Assembly (NCBI GenBank): GCA_964016885.1
Contig: OZ024748.1
Location: 48,174,001-48,238,000 of the forward strand
DNA: 64,000 bases
Source of the DNA: Eledone cirrhosa
Taxonomy: Eukaryota
Direction: 5' to 3'
Shown here piece after piece: positions 12,151-24,870 of this stretch (positions are counted from its first letter, which is position 1; each line of letters begins with the position of its first letter). The notes under the pieces were generated by a model that was not told the DNA's origin, did no database searches, and saw only the letters and a program-made list of their open reading frames with translations. The position numbers and the translations under genes are program-made.

Positions 12151-12400
12151 TTTTGGAGAAAGCGTGCTGAATCTTTGCGAGTGTAAACTCAGCCGTAGTA
12201 GTAGTACCAGTGTTGTATTACTGTGGCAACATGCCTCTGGTCACACTATTCATGGTGCCACTATTCCTTAACTTTTTGTGTTCACCCTGAGGAGAAATTT
12301 ATCAATTACTCCCTCATTGAGTGCTTTGTAACAGCCTCCGATAATTTGATTGTTCATCTGCTATTGTGCAGCTACAACTTCGACTATACTCATTATTATT

Positions 12401-12808
12401 AAGAGGAAAATCAGGGTGGAGAGGCAAGTGCTGCCTTCTAACAAGTTTGTTGAAAGGTGGGTGAATGTAGCGAGAATGGTCCGAGTGAACGGGACCACTC
12501 TGAATATACGCCTGTAGTTTGAGAAATGGAAAAATTGAGAGAGGGCGCTTGCTCTGGTGGTCAGGGTGGCCGTGGTCTTTTGTGTGGTTTTCGCCACGAG
12601 TGACCCCCGGAGGTTTCCCCCCTATTGGGGAATTTTTCATTGTTTCAATTTTTATTTTTATTGTTTATATATATATATGTTTTATGTCTTTTTTTTTCTT
12701 TTCTTATATAAATAATAAAAATATTTACACGCACAAAACCCACATCGTACCGTCCTGTGCCGTCTGTAATGTTTTTCTTGATGTCAGCCCTTGTGGCCAA
12801 TAAAGAAA

Positions 12809-12849
<41 letters not shown>
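12401..12849 (+). mobile_element. 3' end of an L1/Tx1-like LINE (ORF2 C-terminus, 3'UTR, AATAAA, (ATT)n tail)
   Basis: KRKIRVERQVLPSNKFVERWVNVARMV...NIRL*; highly similar copy at 26290-26758; clade assignment inferred. Confidence 0.7.
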
Positions 12850-13112
12850 GAAAAAAAGTGTGGACATTAGATAACGTTCTATACAGATCACATTATATAA
12901 GGAAAAAGATAATTTTAAAAAATGGTTCAAAATATGCACCTGGTATATATAAAAAGGATCTTTATAACATGTACAAAAAATTGGTGTTTTCAAATACATT
13001 TTTTGAGTTGTTCTTTTATTAAGAATCCTGCATGGTTTGGGTCAGTGAAGACAGAAGTGACCCAAACGATATGAGTATGGTTTGCTAATTTGTTGTGGAA
13101 CTAACTATACAT

Positions 13113-13113
<1 letters not shown>

Positions 13114-13145
<32 letters not shown>

Positions 13146-13684
13146 GTTTAATGTCCATCTTCCACGCTTGCATGGGTTTGGACGGAAGTTTTCCCACTTG
13201 AGGCAAGAGTGGTTGTCTTGCTCGCATAGGACTGTCTGGCGGGTTTTCTACGGCTGGATGCCCTTCCTAACACCAACCACATTTACAGTGTGGACTGGGA
13301 GGTTTTTACCGTGTTACCTAGATGGCCACATTACAGCGTGGACTGTGTTTTTTTGTCGTGACACCTACACGACCTCATTTGTTTTGGACTGGATGTTGTG
13401 GTACCAACATAACTTTACATTGAAAGGAGTGGTGTGGATGGGGTGGGGGTAGTGGGGCCGGGGTGTATTTTGTTAGAGGTGCCTACTGACTGTAGTAGGT
13501 TTCACTTTGTACTTAGGTAAGGCGGGTCTTCTGTATTACTGTGAAGCGTCAAAGATCTCGGTCCAGTGACATTGTCTTGGAGAGGTGTAAGTGTGTGAGG
13601 TCGGAATTTATCAAGTCGTCCCAGGTTCTTCTGGGTCTGCCTACTCCGTGGCTACTGTCTATTTTTATTGCCCTGCACTTTTTT

Positions 13685-13689
<5 letters not shown>
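13114..13689 (-). mobile_element. RTE LINE 3' fragment
   Basis: Homologous to 36630-37198; (CAT)n tail on the plus strand. Confidence 0.85.
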
Positions 13690-13781
<92 letters not shown>

Positions 13782-13824
13782 TGTTGTTGATTTTTTAGGT
13801 CAACGATCTATAGTGTGTTCCAGC

Positions 13825-14042
13825 TTAACCCTTTAGCATTTACATTATTTTATATATACTATTATATTTTCACGGTAAAGGCTTTACCTCACATACTTAT
13901 CTCACATAATATCGAGTCTATGAGATTTTGAAAGTATTTATTTTGAGAACAATACCTTAACATCAGTTTGAGCGACCAGTTTCAACAGAAAGGGGTAGAG
14001 AATTCTGGCCAGTTTTGGCTGGTTTGAACACTAAAAGCTTAA
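13825..14042. mobile_element. TTAA-flanked MITE (piggyBac-like), degenerate right TIR
   Basis: ttaaCCCTTTAG...CTAAAAGCttaa; homologous to 63112-63338. Confidence 0.7.
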
Positions 14043-14826
14043 GCACTCCGCGTTATACTTCCCTAAATGGTATCTGATGGAAAATTTATAATAAGAGAAG
14101 AAGTTTTATTTTTAAAATTCCTTTTTAAACCTATTATGCCACATTTCAGGTGATAAATAGCTTAATAGATTCTTGTTTAATCATACAAAATATGATCTTC
14201 CAAAATTAAATTACCTATCTGATTACAGCCTGATAAGAAGATGAAAGATTCACTATTACAACCTCACTAAAGGATAAACACACACACATGCACAAACAAA
14301 CACTCAAACACACACACAAACACACACATGCCCACCTGCACACACACCATGAAACACAACAATGGAACAAATTGATAAACAAATTTTAATAAATCATTTT
14401 TTTTTAAATCAGCTTTCTTAGAGATATCAGCCAACAAAATAAATAGGAAAGGTGATGCCGTCAGTAAAGAAACAAACATACAAATACACATACAAACACA
14501 AACACACACACACAAATTCAAATACACTGATACAATCACTCAGTTAATGAAACAACACAAAACTTACTACCTTGACAATGCCAACAAACAACAACAATGG
14601 GTAGAATAATAAATGTTAATACTGATTGGAGTCAACTCTAAATAACCATATACTACATGGAAGTATACCATACAAAATACGATCTTCCAAAATAACATCA
14701 CCTATCTGACAAGTAACGTGATTGAACAAGAAACTATTAAGCTATTCATCGCCTCTGAAATGTGGCATACTAGAAAATTAAATAGAGTTGAAAAAATAAA
14801 AGCTTCTTCCCTTATTATTATATATA

Positions 14827-15012
14827 ATTGTTTCTACTTTTGGCACAAGGCCAGCAATTATCCCAGTGTATTACTGGTACTTTATTTTATCGACCCTGTA
14901 AGGATGAAAGGCAAAGTTAACCTCGGCGGCATTTGAACTCAGATCATAAAGGGAGGTAACTCTATGCTTCAAAGCATGGCGTCCGACCCTCTACCGATAC
15001 TGCCAATCCACC
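14827..15012 (-). mobile_element. SINE family 2, full length
   Basis: Same sequence as 25828-26012 in reverse. Confidence 0.85.
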
Positions 15013-15106
15013 GTTCATTATTATATATAATATGTGAGTCCCAGGTTCAATCAGGGGTAACCACAGTAAGGTACTCAATACACATATATACACACTTACA
15101 CACACA

Positions 15107-15151
<45 letters not shown>

Positions 15152-15190
15152 ATATTAAATAAATGGAAACTATATTTATAAAACCATATT

Positions 15191-15251
15191 TATTCTATTA
15201 TATATATTTCAAGGGCACCAAAACTTTGGTACGCTATCATCAGATAAAATA
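15191..15251 (-). ncRNA. Type I hammerhead ribozyme, intact core (GAAAU..AUA variant)
   Basis: tattttat-CTGATGA-tagcgtaccaaa(gt)tttggtgccctt-GAAA-tatata-TA-atagaata. Confidence 0.75.
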
Positions 15252-17087
15252 CGAAGTGTGTTTTATAAATTTTGACATAACCAAGGAGAATATACCTTAA
15301 TGGTTCAAGTTATCCTTGGATAGTGAAGGGAAAAGAGAAGAAAAGTAAGATATTTCAAATTATTAAAATGAGTATGCAAATGAGGTTTAGGTAAAAGGGC
15401 TGAAAAAAATGTTATTTTAGACGTTATGGAAAATTTAAATAATTATGATAAGTTATTGTATGCGTAGGAAAGAAGAGAAAAGAAGAAGAGCTAGCATTTA
15501 TGTTAATTTGGAGGAAAAGATTTATTTACCTATATTATGAGTTATAATATTGTATATATAATCAATTAGATTATATGAAGAATTATGGTTGTAAGTATTT
15601 TTATCTTATTACATTATGATAGGTTATATGTATATAAATATCTATATATATATATTAATAAATTGCGTATGTATTAGTTGTTTATATATCAAATATGAGT
15701 TACGAAGGAAGTTGAATTTGTATTTTACTTAAAAAATAGGTGGTTCAAGTTGTGAGAGTAGAACAATTTGTGGATTCAAAAATTTAGCGAAGCTATACAG
15801 ATTATCAGATTAATAAATATAGTTTCCATTTATTTAATATAGTTTCCATTTATTTAATATCATTGTATATTATACTCCAGAAAACATGTTGAGTGCTCTG
15901 AATCAGTTATAAACATTTATATTTGTTGAATTACCAACAAATTGAATATCCCTTCTGCTTATATATATATATATACACACACATGTATAATTATATCTAC
16001 TAGCAGACAAAACCACCCTTCGGGTGGTTTTCTGCTAGCATGTGTAGTGTGCATATTGATATTATATGCAAGTATATATGCATTTAGATGTCTAAATCAG
16101 AAGCCATCATTAAAGGATGGTGGATTGACAGTAATCAGTAGAGCGTTGGACAACATGCTTTGTGGCATAGAGTTACAGCCCATTACAGTGAGTACTGGGT
16201 CTCAAATGAAATCATAATAAATATTATAACTCATACTATAGGTAAATATATCTTTTCCTCCAAATTAACATAAATGCTAGCTCTTCTTCTTTTCTCTTCT
16301 TTCCTATGCATACAAAATCATAATAAAAGCTGACCTTGCCCAATTGTACCTCTCAAAGGCAATGTCACAGGACCGAGATCTCTCGTGTTATGCAGTAATA
16401 CAAAAGACCTGCCTTCCCATGAGCTCAGGCTGTAACATAAATATAGTATGCACTACCTTCGCCTCCAACACACCTCTCTCTTCCATACACCTCCCATGAA
16501 CACAGGCTAAAGCATTCATCTAGTGTGCACCACCTCCACCCCTCCTCCCTTTCATTTACCTCCCATGTCCTAACACTCTGCTCCTCACACATGCCCAAGT
16601 ACCCACCTCCCTAATCCACACACAACTCTCTCACCATTGTTCCCAGCCCATACTGTAAAGTGGTTGTGTAGGAGACATGACAAAAAGCCTCCAGTACTCA
16701 CTGTAAAGGGCTGTAACTCTATGCTACAAAGCACCCAGTACTCACTGTAATGGGCTGTAACTCTATGCCACAAAGCATGTTGTCCAACGCTCTACTGATT
16801 ACTGTCAATCCACCATCCTTTAATGATGGTTTCTGATTTAGACACAAGGTCAATAAGTTTGAGGGAATGGAAAGTCAATTATATCAACCCCAGTGTATTA
16901 CTGGTACTTTATTTTAATGACCCTGTAAGAATGATAGGCAAAGCTAACCTCAGCGGGATTTGAACTCAGAACATAAAGGGACGTAACTGTATGCCACAAA
17001 GAATATTGTCCAACACTCTACCTCTTACTCCCCACTCTCAGTAATTAATCTTCATGAACAACACTGATTTTCGGCAATTAAAATTAA

Positions 17088-17890
17088 AATTTTAATTTAA
17101 AAATGCAAAATAAGAGGTAAAAATGATTTTGTGTAGAATGAAACAATTCTACACAAAATCATTTTAACCTCTTATTTTGCATTTTTAAATTCAAATTTTA
17201 ATTTAAAAATGCAAAATAAGAGGTAAAAATGATTTTGTGTAGAATTGTTTCATTCTACACAAAATCATTTTTACCTCTTATTTTGCATTTTTAAATTAAA
17301 ATTTGAATTTAAAAATGCAAAATAAGAGGTAAAAATGATTTTGTGTAGAATGAAACAATTCTACACAAAATCATTTTTACCTCTTATTTTGCATTTTTAA
17401 ATTAAAATTTGAATTTAAAAATGCAAAATAAGAGGTAAAAATGATTTTGTGTAGAATGAAACAATTCTACACAAAATCATTTTTACCTCTTATTTTGCAT
17501 TTTTAAATTAAAATTTGAATTTAAAAATGCAAAATAAGAGGTAAAAATGATTTTGTGTAGAATGAAACAATTCTACACAAAATCATTTTAACCTCTTATT
17601 TTGCATTTTTAAATTAAAATTTGAATTTAAAAATGCAAAATAAGAGGTAAAAATGATTTTGTGTAGAATGAAACAATTCTACACAAAATCATTTTTACCT
17701 CTTATTTTGCATTTTTAAATTAAAATTTGAATTTAAAAATGCAAAATAAGAGGTAAAAATGATTTTGTGTAGAATGAAACAATTCTACACAAAATCATTT
17801 TTACCTCTTATTTTGCATTTTTAAATTAAAATTTGAATTTAAAAATGCAAATTAAGAGGTAAAAATGATTTTGAGTAGAATGAAACAATT
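17088..17890. repeat. Tandem array of palindromes, 106-bp period, about 7.5 units
   Basis: 46-bp arm attctacacaaaatcatttttacctcttattttgcatttttaaatt alternates with its reverse complement, separated by 8- and 6-nt spacers. Confidence 0.96.
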
Positions 17891-17986
17891 GTAGTGTTTA
17901 CTTACTTGAAGAGGGCAGTGAGGGATTTCTCTGCCTCATAACTGCGACTTGTGTAGAATAATGAAACAATTGTAGTGTTTACTTAC

Positions 17987-18117
17987 TTGAAGAGAGCAGT
18001 GAGGGATTTCTCTGCCTCATAACTGCGACTTAAATACTTGAGAACCCGATTTCCAGTGAGGTAGGTCAAGTTAGTTTTGTTTTTTTTCCCTTTTTCAACT
18101 TTCAGTAATTTCACAAC
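17987..18117 (-). CDS. AARSD1: AARSD1 internal exon (131 bp): VVKLLKVEKGKKNKTNLTYLTGNRVLKYLSRSYEAEKSLTALF
   Basis: tttgatag acceptor and gtaagt donor; strong resemblance to VIKILGTEKGKKNRTNLIFLSGNRVLK. Confidence 0.93.
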
Positions 18118-18509
18118 CTATCAAAGATATAGTATAGTATAGTGGTTTTATTGTACTTTATAATAAACAAGAAGGTGTAGGGCTGTGTGGGAGATAGTAG
18201 TGACCATAGGAAGTATGGGAGGTAGTAGTGGTGGTGGTGTAGGGCTGTCATTTCATTCTCAGCTTCTACACTTTCATTCTTACCCCTATAGCTTAATTCC
18301 CTTCCCAGGGTCAATAGTTTCAAGAAGAAGAAAAAGAAAAAGAAAAAGAAAAAGAAAAAGAAAAAGAAAAAGAAAAAGAAAAGAAGAAGAAGAAGAAGAA
18401 GAAGAAAAAGAAGAAGAAGAAGAAGAAGAAGTCGTCGTCGTCTGAAACCAACAACCCAATACATTCTTAAATCCCAACATTTTCAGAGAGTGTTTTTATT
18501 TTATTTACA

Positions 18510-19505
18510 GTTAATTCTGCTTATTGTTTGAGGACCAATGTCATTTGAAGATCTCAGTTGTTTCAGAGGAAGAGTGTGCATAACATACCAAGAAGCATGT
18601 AAAGATCATGGACTCCTGCATGACAATGGACATTGGAAGAAGACCCTAGAAGAAGCAGCGGTCACTCGAGTAACCAGTCAAATAAGGGAGTTGCTTGCTA
18701 CTATACTTACAGCATGTGGAATTGACAAACCTCATCTACTCTGGCAGGAGTACAAAAACAATATGTTGGCTGACTATCTACACCTAGCCCAAAGACATTA
18801 TGACAATATGTATACGGAATATACCCTCAGGATTTACAATCAAGCTCTCTGTGACCTGTCCCATCGAGTTCAGCTAACTATGGGATGTCAGAGCCAGATG
18901 AAGATATGGAGGTAGCACAATAAGTTTTTCAGGAGACAAACTACGATATTCAAGCCTTGCATAAATTTGTGACTGAAAAATGAACCTCGATTGATGGATG
19001 ACCAGTAATATACCTACTACAATATCATGGCAAACATTCAAAATGACATGGGAGGACTTTTCTTCATTGATGCTCCAGCTGGCACAGGTAAGAGATTCAT
19101 CATAAACCTCATGCTTGCAAAAGTTCACCAAAAGCAACATATTGCCCTTGCTGTGGCTTCAAGTGGCATTGCAGCACACATCTGGATGGAGGAAAAATTG
19201 CACACCCCATATTTAAGCTGCCCACAGCGTGAACAATCTTTTTGCAACATCAAGAAGAACTCACCCAAGGGAATGCTCCTGCAAACATGCAAGATGATAA
19301 TTTGGGATGAAGCCAGCAGGAGCCATAAATGTGCATTTGAAGGTTTGGACCAAACAATAAGGATCTGAGAGAAAATACTTGCATAACGGGAGGAGTGACA
19401 ATGGTTCTTGCTAGTGATTTCAGACAAACTCTGCCTATAATTCCCCAAGGGACCTTTCATCATATGATGAGATCAATGCCTGTCTGAAAAGATCCTATCT
19501 CTGGC
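18510..19505 (+). mobile_element. Decayed Helitron Rep/Hel fragment (PIF1-like helicase)
   Basis: GPMSFEDL..TYQEAC..GLL, FFIDAPAGTGK (Walker A), AVASSGIAA, IIWDEA and DFRQTLPII motifs, with frameshifts. Confidence 0.9.
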
Positions 19506-19854
19506 AACCTAAGATAACAAATCGGGTGTTTAACAATTCAGCAACATTTGGACGTGTGTTTACATGTGAGAACACATATTCAATCGTTCCTCGAGTTGAT
19601 TGTCAGTGAAACATATGTAATTAAATGTTATTTATTATTATTATTATTTATAACAAATTGAGAAGGTAGAATAGATTTCTTAAATCATTTAATACCTTAC
19701 AAATGTTTCAATACAAATGTTTAAAACAACACTTTTGCTATGACAATATAGTAAAAATAGGAAAAAATACTTATTGAACACATTATCAGTAGCACATATA
19801 ATATATGAATGGGTTTTTAAAATGAGTTGATATTATTGTCAATGATAACTAGAA

Positions 19855-20195
19855 AAAAAGATAGCCCCGAACCGAAGTGTCAGTCCCAACCTACAATAAT
19901 GTATCTTTAAAAGAAATGAAGAAATTATCCAAATATCTGAAATCAAAGTTAACTGGTATGTGCAGACTGAAAATAGAAACAATTCTTATAATGATGGATG
20001 CTTTTGGTATTATTAATAACATTTACACACAGAGCGACAGGGTGGACACCAAGGCAGTGGAGAAGAACTAACGGGCAGCCATAGACAAGATGGTGTGACG
20101 ATCTGACCCAATTCCTCAGCCCCACATAGCCTAGTATGGCCAGAGATAGGAAGCAGTGGAAGTCAACCAGGGAGAGGTTCCTCCAACAGGAGTGA
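19855..20195 (+). mobile_element. Adjacent LINE remnants: R4/Dong-like endonuclease end, then an RTE-like 3' end
   Basis: VSVPTYNNVSLKEMKKLSKY..AFGII; WTPRQWRR..TRWCDDL..ARDRKQWK. Confidence 0.55.
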
Positions 20196-20480
20196 GAAAG
20201 ATTTAGATTTGGATACATACAAATACATAACCAAAATTCCCATCTCTTAGTCACCAATTCTTATTCTTTAGTTCCTTTTGCTACTGATGAAACATTGGGT
20301 GATGAGGGATCTCTATCCTGCACATTGACAAGCCCTGATTTGGCCTGCTCCTAAGCCCAGCCTATGTCTGCCAAATCTTCTTCCCCCACACAATCTAACT
20401 GGAGATAAGCACAAGCCTGACCCCTTCCTTATGATTTTCGAAAAAAGGTAAAAAAAAAATTTTTCTGGAAATAAACTCAC

Positions 20481-20597
20481 CTGTAATTGGCTGAGATTTG
20501 TAACATGAGTGCCACAGCACATGTTATTGTCAATTCCTTCCAAACAGACGACTCTAACTGCTCCAACATGATCATCAGGTAACCCACGAGCACGCAC
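20481..20597 (-). CDS. AARSD1: AARSD1 internal exon (117 bp): VRARGLPDDHVGAVRVVCLEGIDNNMCCGTHVTNLSQLQ
   Basis: CCGTH (CxxxH) zinc motif of AlaX editing domains; aag acceptor and gtgagt donor. Confidence 0.96.
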
Positions 20598-21018
20598 CTT
20601 TTAAAGATAAAGAGTTTCAAAGAGAAGAATTAAGCCATGTTACATGGAATATTTGCTGTCATTTTAACACCTTATGATCTTCAAGAACTACTGCCTTGAA
20701 GATATTTAAATATGTCCAAAGATATTATTCCATAAAGATAGGAGAAATGACAAAATGGAAAATGTATTAAGATATTTATAACAACATTTTTATATCCTTA
20801 ATCCTGAAGCTGCCCTTGGTTTTATGTCTGTTTTAAAGTGTTCATGTTTAAATTTAAACATGCCATGATCATATTTTAAAGAAATGTTTCTGAAGTTATA
20901 TTCTAAACACCGACTTAATAAGGAAAAGGTTAGTCATTTAACTAAACCACCTCAATTTTTCAATTATTGCTTTTTGTTATTTAAAAGAAAATGACTGCTT
21001 ATTTAATCTCAAGGCATA

Positions 21019-21383
21019 ATGTCAACATCAACCCTACTAACACCAACACCCATAACAGAGAAGCAACACCAACAACAACAGTGCAACACAACAACAACAA
21101 TGACAAAAACAACACTGACATCAATAATACCACCAACAACAACATCAGCACCACCACTACCACCAACAACAACAACAGTACCACCACCGACAACATCAAC
21201 ACCACCACCAACAACAACAACAGTATCACCACCACCACCAACAACAGCAACAGCAGCAACAACAACAACAACAGCATCATCAACAATAAGAACACTGCCA
21301 ACTATAATAACACCACAAACAACACCATCGCCACCAACAACAGCAATAGTAGGACCATCACCAACAACACCACCACCACCACC

Positions 21384-21415
<32 letters not shown>

Positions 21416-21538
21416 CAACAGCAGCAGCAGCAGCAACAACAGTATCACCACCAGCAACATCAGCACCACCACCAACAACAACAACAACAGTATCACCACC
21501 ACCACCAACAACAACAACAGTATCACCACCACCACCAA

Positions 21539-21576
<38 letters not shown>

Positions 21577-21749
21577 ACACCAACAGCATCAGCATCATCA
21601 ACAATAAGAACAACAACAACAACAACACCACCAACAGCAGCAGCATCACCAACAATAAGAACACTGTCAACTATAATAACACCACAAACAACACCATCAC
21701 CACCAACAACAGCAGTAGCAGTAGCATCAACAACAACAACAACAACAAC
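21019..21749. repeat. Compound (CAA/CAC/CAG)n low-complexity tract with internal block duplication
   Basis: Read directly; apparent ORFs in several frames are homopolymeric. Confidence 0.9.
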
Positions 21750-22666
21750 TAGTTTAAAGACCTATTGTAGAAGACTTAGCAAGGGTTGAGTGAATCTAAG
21801 ATTAATCAGAACATTTATATATTTATTTGATGTAATTAGAATCAGCAGAAGACAGTTGATGGTTGAGAAACAACAAAATATGGCCACTGAATGATACATC
21901 GAAAGAAATACAATGAAAAAATTTGCCTTCTTTTATTTTTCTTCTCTGTTTGTGCTACAAAATATATTTGTTTTGCCAAAAGTAGATTTGCTTATTTCTC
22001 AATTTTCTTTTGATTTTCATTTTAAAATTTTCTTTTTTATCTTTTTCTCAAAGTCCATAAAAGTCCAAAAATAATTAGAAAAAAAAAATTAACTACAAAA
22101 AGGAAAAAATTAAATTAAATTAAAAGAAATTTGTTTTTTAATTGTCACATGATAAAATAGGAATTTATTTAGAAACTGAAAAAAAAACTGATAAACACAT
22201 ACACACATCGCCACATACACACATCTCTACATACACACATACATCTCCATATACACACATCTCCACTTACACACACAACTCCACAAACAGACAACTCCAC
22301 ATACACACATCTGCACATACACACACATCTCCACATACACACACAACTCCACATACACACACAACTCCACATACACACAACTCCACATACACACATCCCC
22401 ACAAACACACACACAACTCCACTTACACACACAATTACACCAACTATTACTACTACTACTACTACTACTACTACTATTAGTACTCAATAAATTTTCCTGA
22501 AAAATCTTTCAAAGCCAAATTAATATTTTGAAATGAAATTTGGAGCAAAAAAACTATAACAATAAAAACAACAAATTTGTGGGGAAACAAACATTTAAAA
22601 TTTTTAAAGATTTTTGGAAGATTTTTTTTTTTGGTATGTGTGTGTGGGGAGGGGGTTCCATTTTGG

Positions 22667-22669
<3 letters not shown>

Positions 22670-22699
<30 letters not shown>

Positions 22700-23362
22700 T
22701 ATTTTATCACAGCATTCTGAGCACAGCTCTGTGTGCCTTGGGTATGTGCAGTGTAGCTGTTTTCTTCCATCTATTTAATGTGTCATTCTGCCTGTCTTGT
22801 ATAAATTCTTCCTTTTCCTTTGCTTCATCCCTGTTTAGGACCTTTAACTTTCTTACTCCTGCCATCAATCTCTCCTTTGAATTCTTTACATACCATGACA
22901 GATTATTTACCTCTGACTTCACACACATTTCACAGCTAACGAGACCTCTTCCTCCTCTCTGACATGATAGATACAACCTGTCCATGTCACTTTTAGGGTG
23001 TAGAGCCCCTTGTAGTGTCATCATTTTCCTGGTTTTTCTATCAAGCCCCTTAAGTTCATCACATCTCCACTCTATCACACCAGCACTACACCGTAGCCCT
23101 GCAACAGCTCATGTGTTGATAGCCAGTATCTTATTTCTACCTCTTAACTTTGTCTTATACATCAACTTCAATCTCCATTTATATTCCTTTCATAATAGTT
23201 CTTTCATTTCCTTCTCTTTCATTTGGTTTGTTTCCAGGATGCCTAAGTACTTATACCTGTTGTCATCAATTTCCTTCACAACTTGTCCATCTGGTAATTC
23301 AATTCCTTTCAACTTATTAATTCTACCTCACTTCAGCTTTAGCACACCACACTTTTTTATGT
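22670..23362 (-). mobile_element. R4/Dong-like non-LTR retrotransposon remnant, internally deleted, with (TAA)n tail
   Basis: YKYLGI, LDRKTRKMMT, LHPKSDMDRLYL..GGRGL motifs, ending in ..RAVLRML* followed by (TAA)n. Confidence 0.8.
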
Positions 23363-24449
23363 CATCAAGACAATACTCCCATGATTTCTCAAAGATTCAG
23401 CTGTGTTGTGTCCGGGGCAAAAACCACACTGTTCATCAGCTAGCTTGGACTCGACAATCTCCCTACATCTCTTTGCCAGACACTTAGTATAGACTTTACT
23501 GGGGAAGCTTAACAAGGAGATCCCTATAAATACTTCAATTATCAACATTTCAAAAGTTATAAAAATAATTTTTGTAAACTTGCTTTCTAAAAATATATAT
23601 ATTTTTTTACTTGTGCACAAAAATCAGCGATATCATTTCCGGGGAAAATATTATTTCTTAAAACTGATTTTAGAATATTTAAAATAAAAATGAAAAATTG
23701 TTGGTGATGATACAATGCTGTGATGTTGAGATTTGAAATGATTTTAACAGAGTTAAAAAAGTGTGGAAAACTAGAAAATAATTCTATAAATAGACTGTTT
23801 GTTTGTTTTTTGGGGGGTTTAGAGGTTGTCATATCTTTGACACTGCTGCAGAGTCCTCCTGACTCTTTGTTCAGCAGGTTTTCCATGGTTGAATGCCCTT
23901 CCTATCATCAAACAATTTACAGTATGTGCTGGGTGTGTTTATTATGTAGTTCTCCATTACAAGACACAATTAAAGAGTTCTTCTGACCCTATTTTCTTTT
24001 TGACAAGACTAAAAAGTGGATGGGATTCCAGGGGTTGATGTTCTGTCGGCTGTAGAATAGGGTATTGTGGTTTGTTTATTTACACAGATCCTGGGATGGG
24101 ATACACAGAATGGGTGCTGAGAGAAGGAAAGAAGGTGATGTCTTAGTGGAAGCAGCATGAAACTAACTAGTTACTGGAGAAGATATACAGTATTTTCAGT
24201 TATCACAATACAAATTATTGATTCCATAGATTTATTGATATATTTATTATTCTTTTACTGCTTTCTGTCATTGGACAGCAGCCATGTTAGAGTAACATCT
24301 TCAAATGTTTAGTTAATCAAATACACGACAGCCCTTTAGTTTAGTTTTAGGTTTGGCACTCTCTCTCTTTCATCTGTCTCTTGCTTTTTCACCTTCTCTC
24401 ACTTGCTCTCTTACCACTTTACTCTTTCCTCTCGTCACTCTCTCTGTTG

Positions 24450-24505
<56 letters not shown>

Positions 24506-24536
24506 AGATCAAAAGATGGTTAAAAGAGTTCCATGT

Positions 24537-24605
24537 ATTTTATTATGCGCATTTCAAAAACAAATATCATCATGCAATAACATTTGCGTTTTCGTCAGAT
24601 AAAAT
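24537..24605 (-). ncRNA. Type I hammerhead ribozyme, intact core, long stem II
   Basis: attttat-CTGACGA-aaacgcaaatgttatt(gcat)gatgatatttgttttt-GAAA-tgcgca-TA-ataaaat; palindromic ATGCGCAT stem III. Confidence 0.88.
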
Positions 24606-24666
24606 AGGGAGATATGATATGAAGGTTAAAACACACTTGTGAATAGTGCAGTTTTAAATCAACATA

Positions 24667-24786
24667 TTATCTATTAGCTACTTATCTATTAGCTACTTAT
24701 TATCTATTAGCTACTTATCTATTAGCTACTTATTATCTATTAGCTACTTATCTATTAGCTACTTATTATCTATTAGCTACTTATCT
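24667..24786. repeat. Minisatellite, alternating 15/18-bp (TAT)TATCTATTAGCTACT
   Basis: Read directly. Confidence 0.9.
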
Positions 24787-24832
24787 GATATCTGCATTGC
24801 TTTATTGTACTACAATAAAACTCACCTCCTAC

Positions 24833-24870
<38 letters not shown>

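Noticed and set aside
17088-17890. Repeat-spacer appearance suggestive of a CRISPR array (also 48593-49322 and 55064-55365)
   Set aside because: Spacers are invariant, there are no cas genes, and the context is a eukaryotic intron.
18538-19368. Host PIF1 helicase gene
   Set aside because: Intronless, frameshifted, and preceded by Helitron-type upstream motifs; a transposon remnant.
20991-21789. 250-aa Thr/Asn/Pro-rich ORFs (also 10920-11291 and 62149-62907), mucin-like
   Set aside because: Open in several frames on both strands because trinucleotide repeats lack stops; no splice or domain support.
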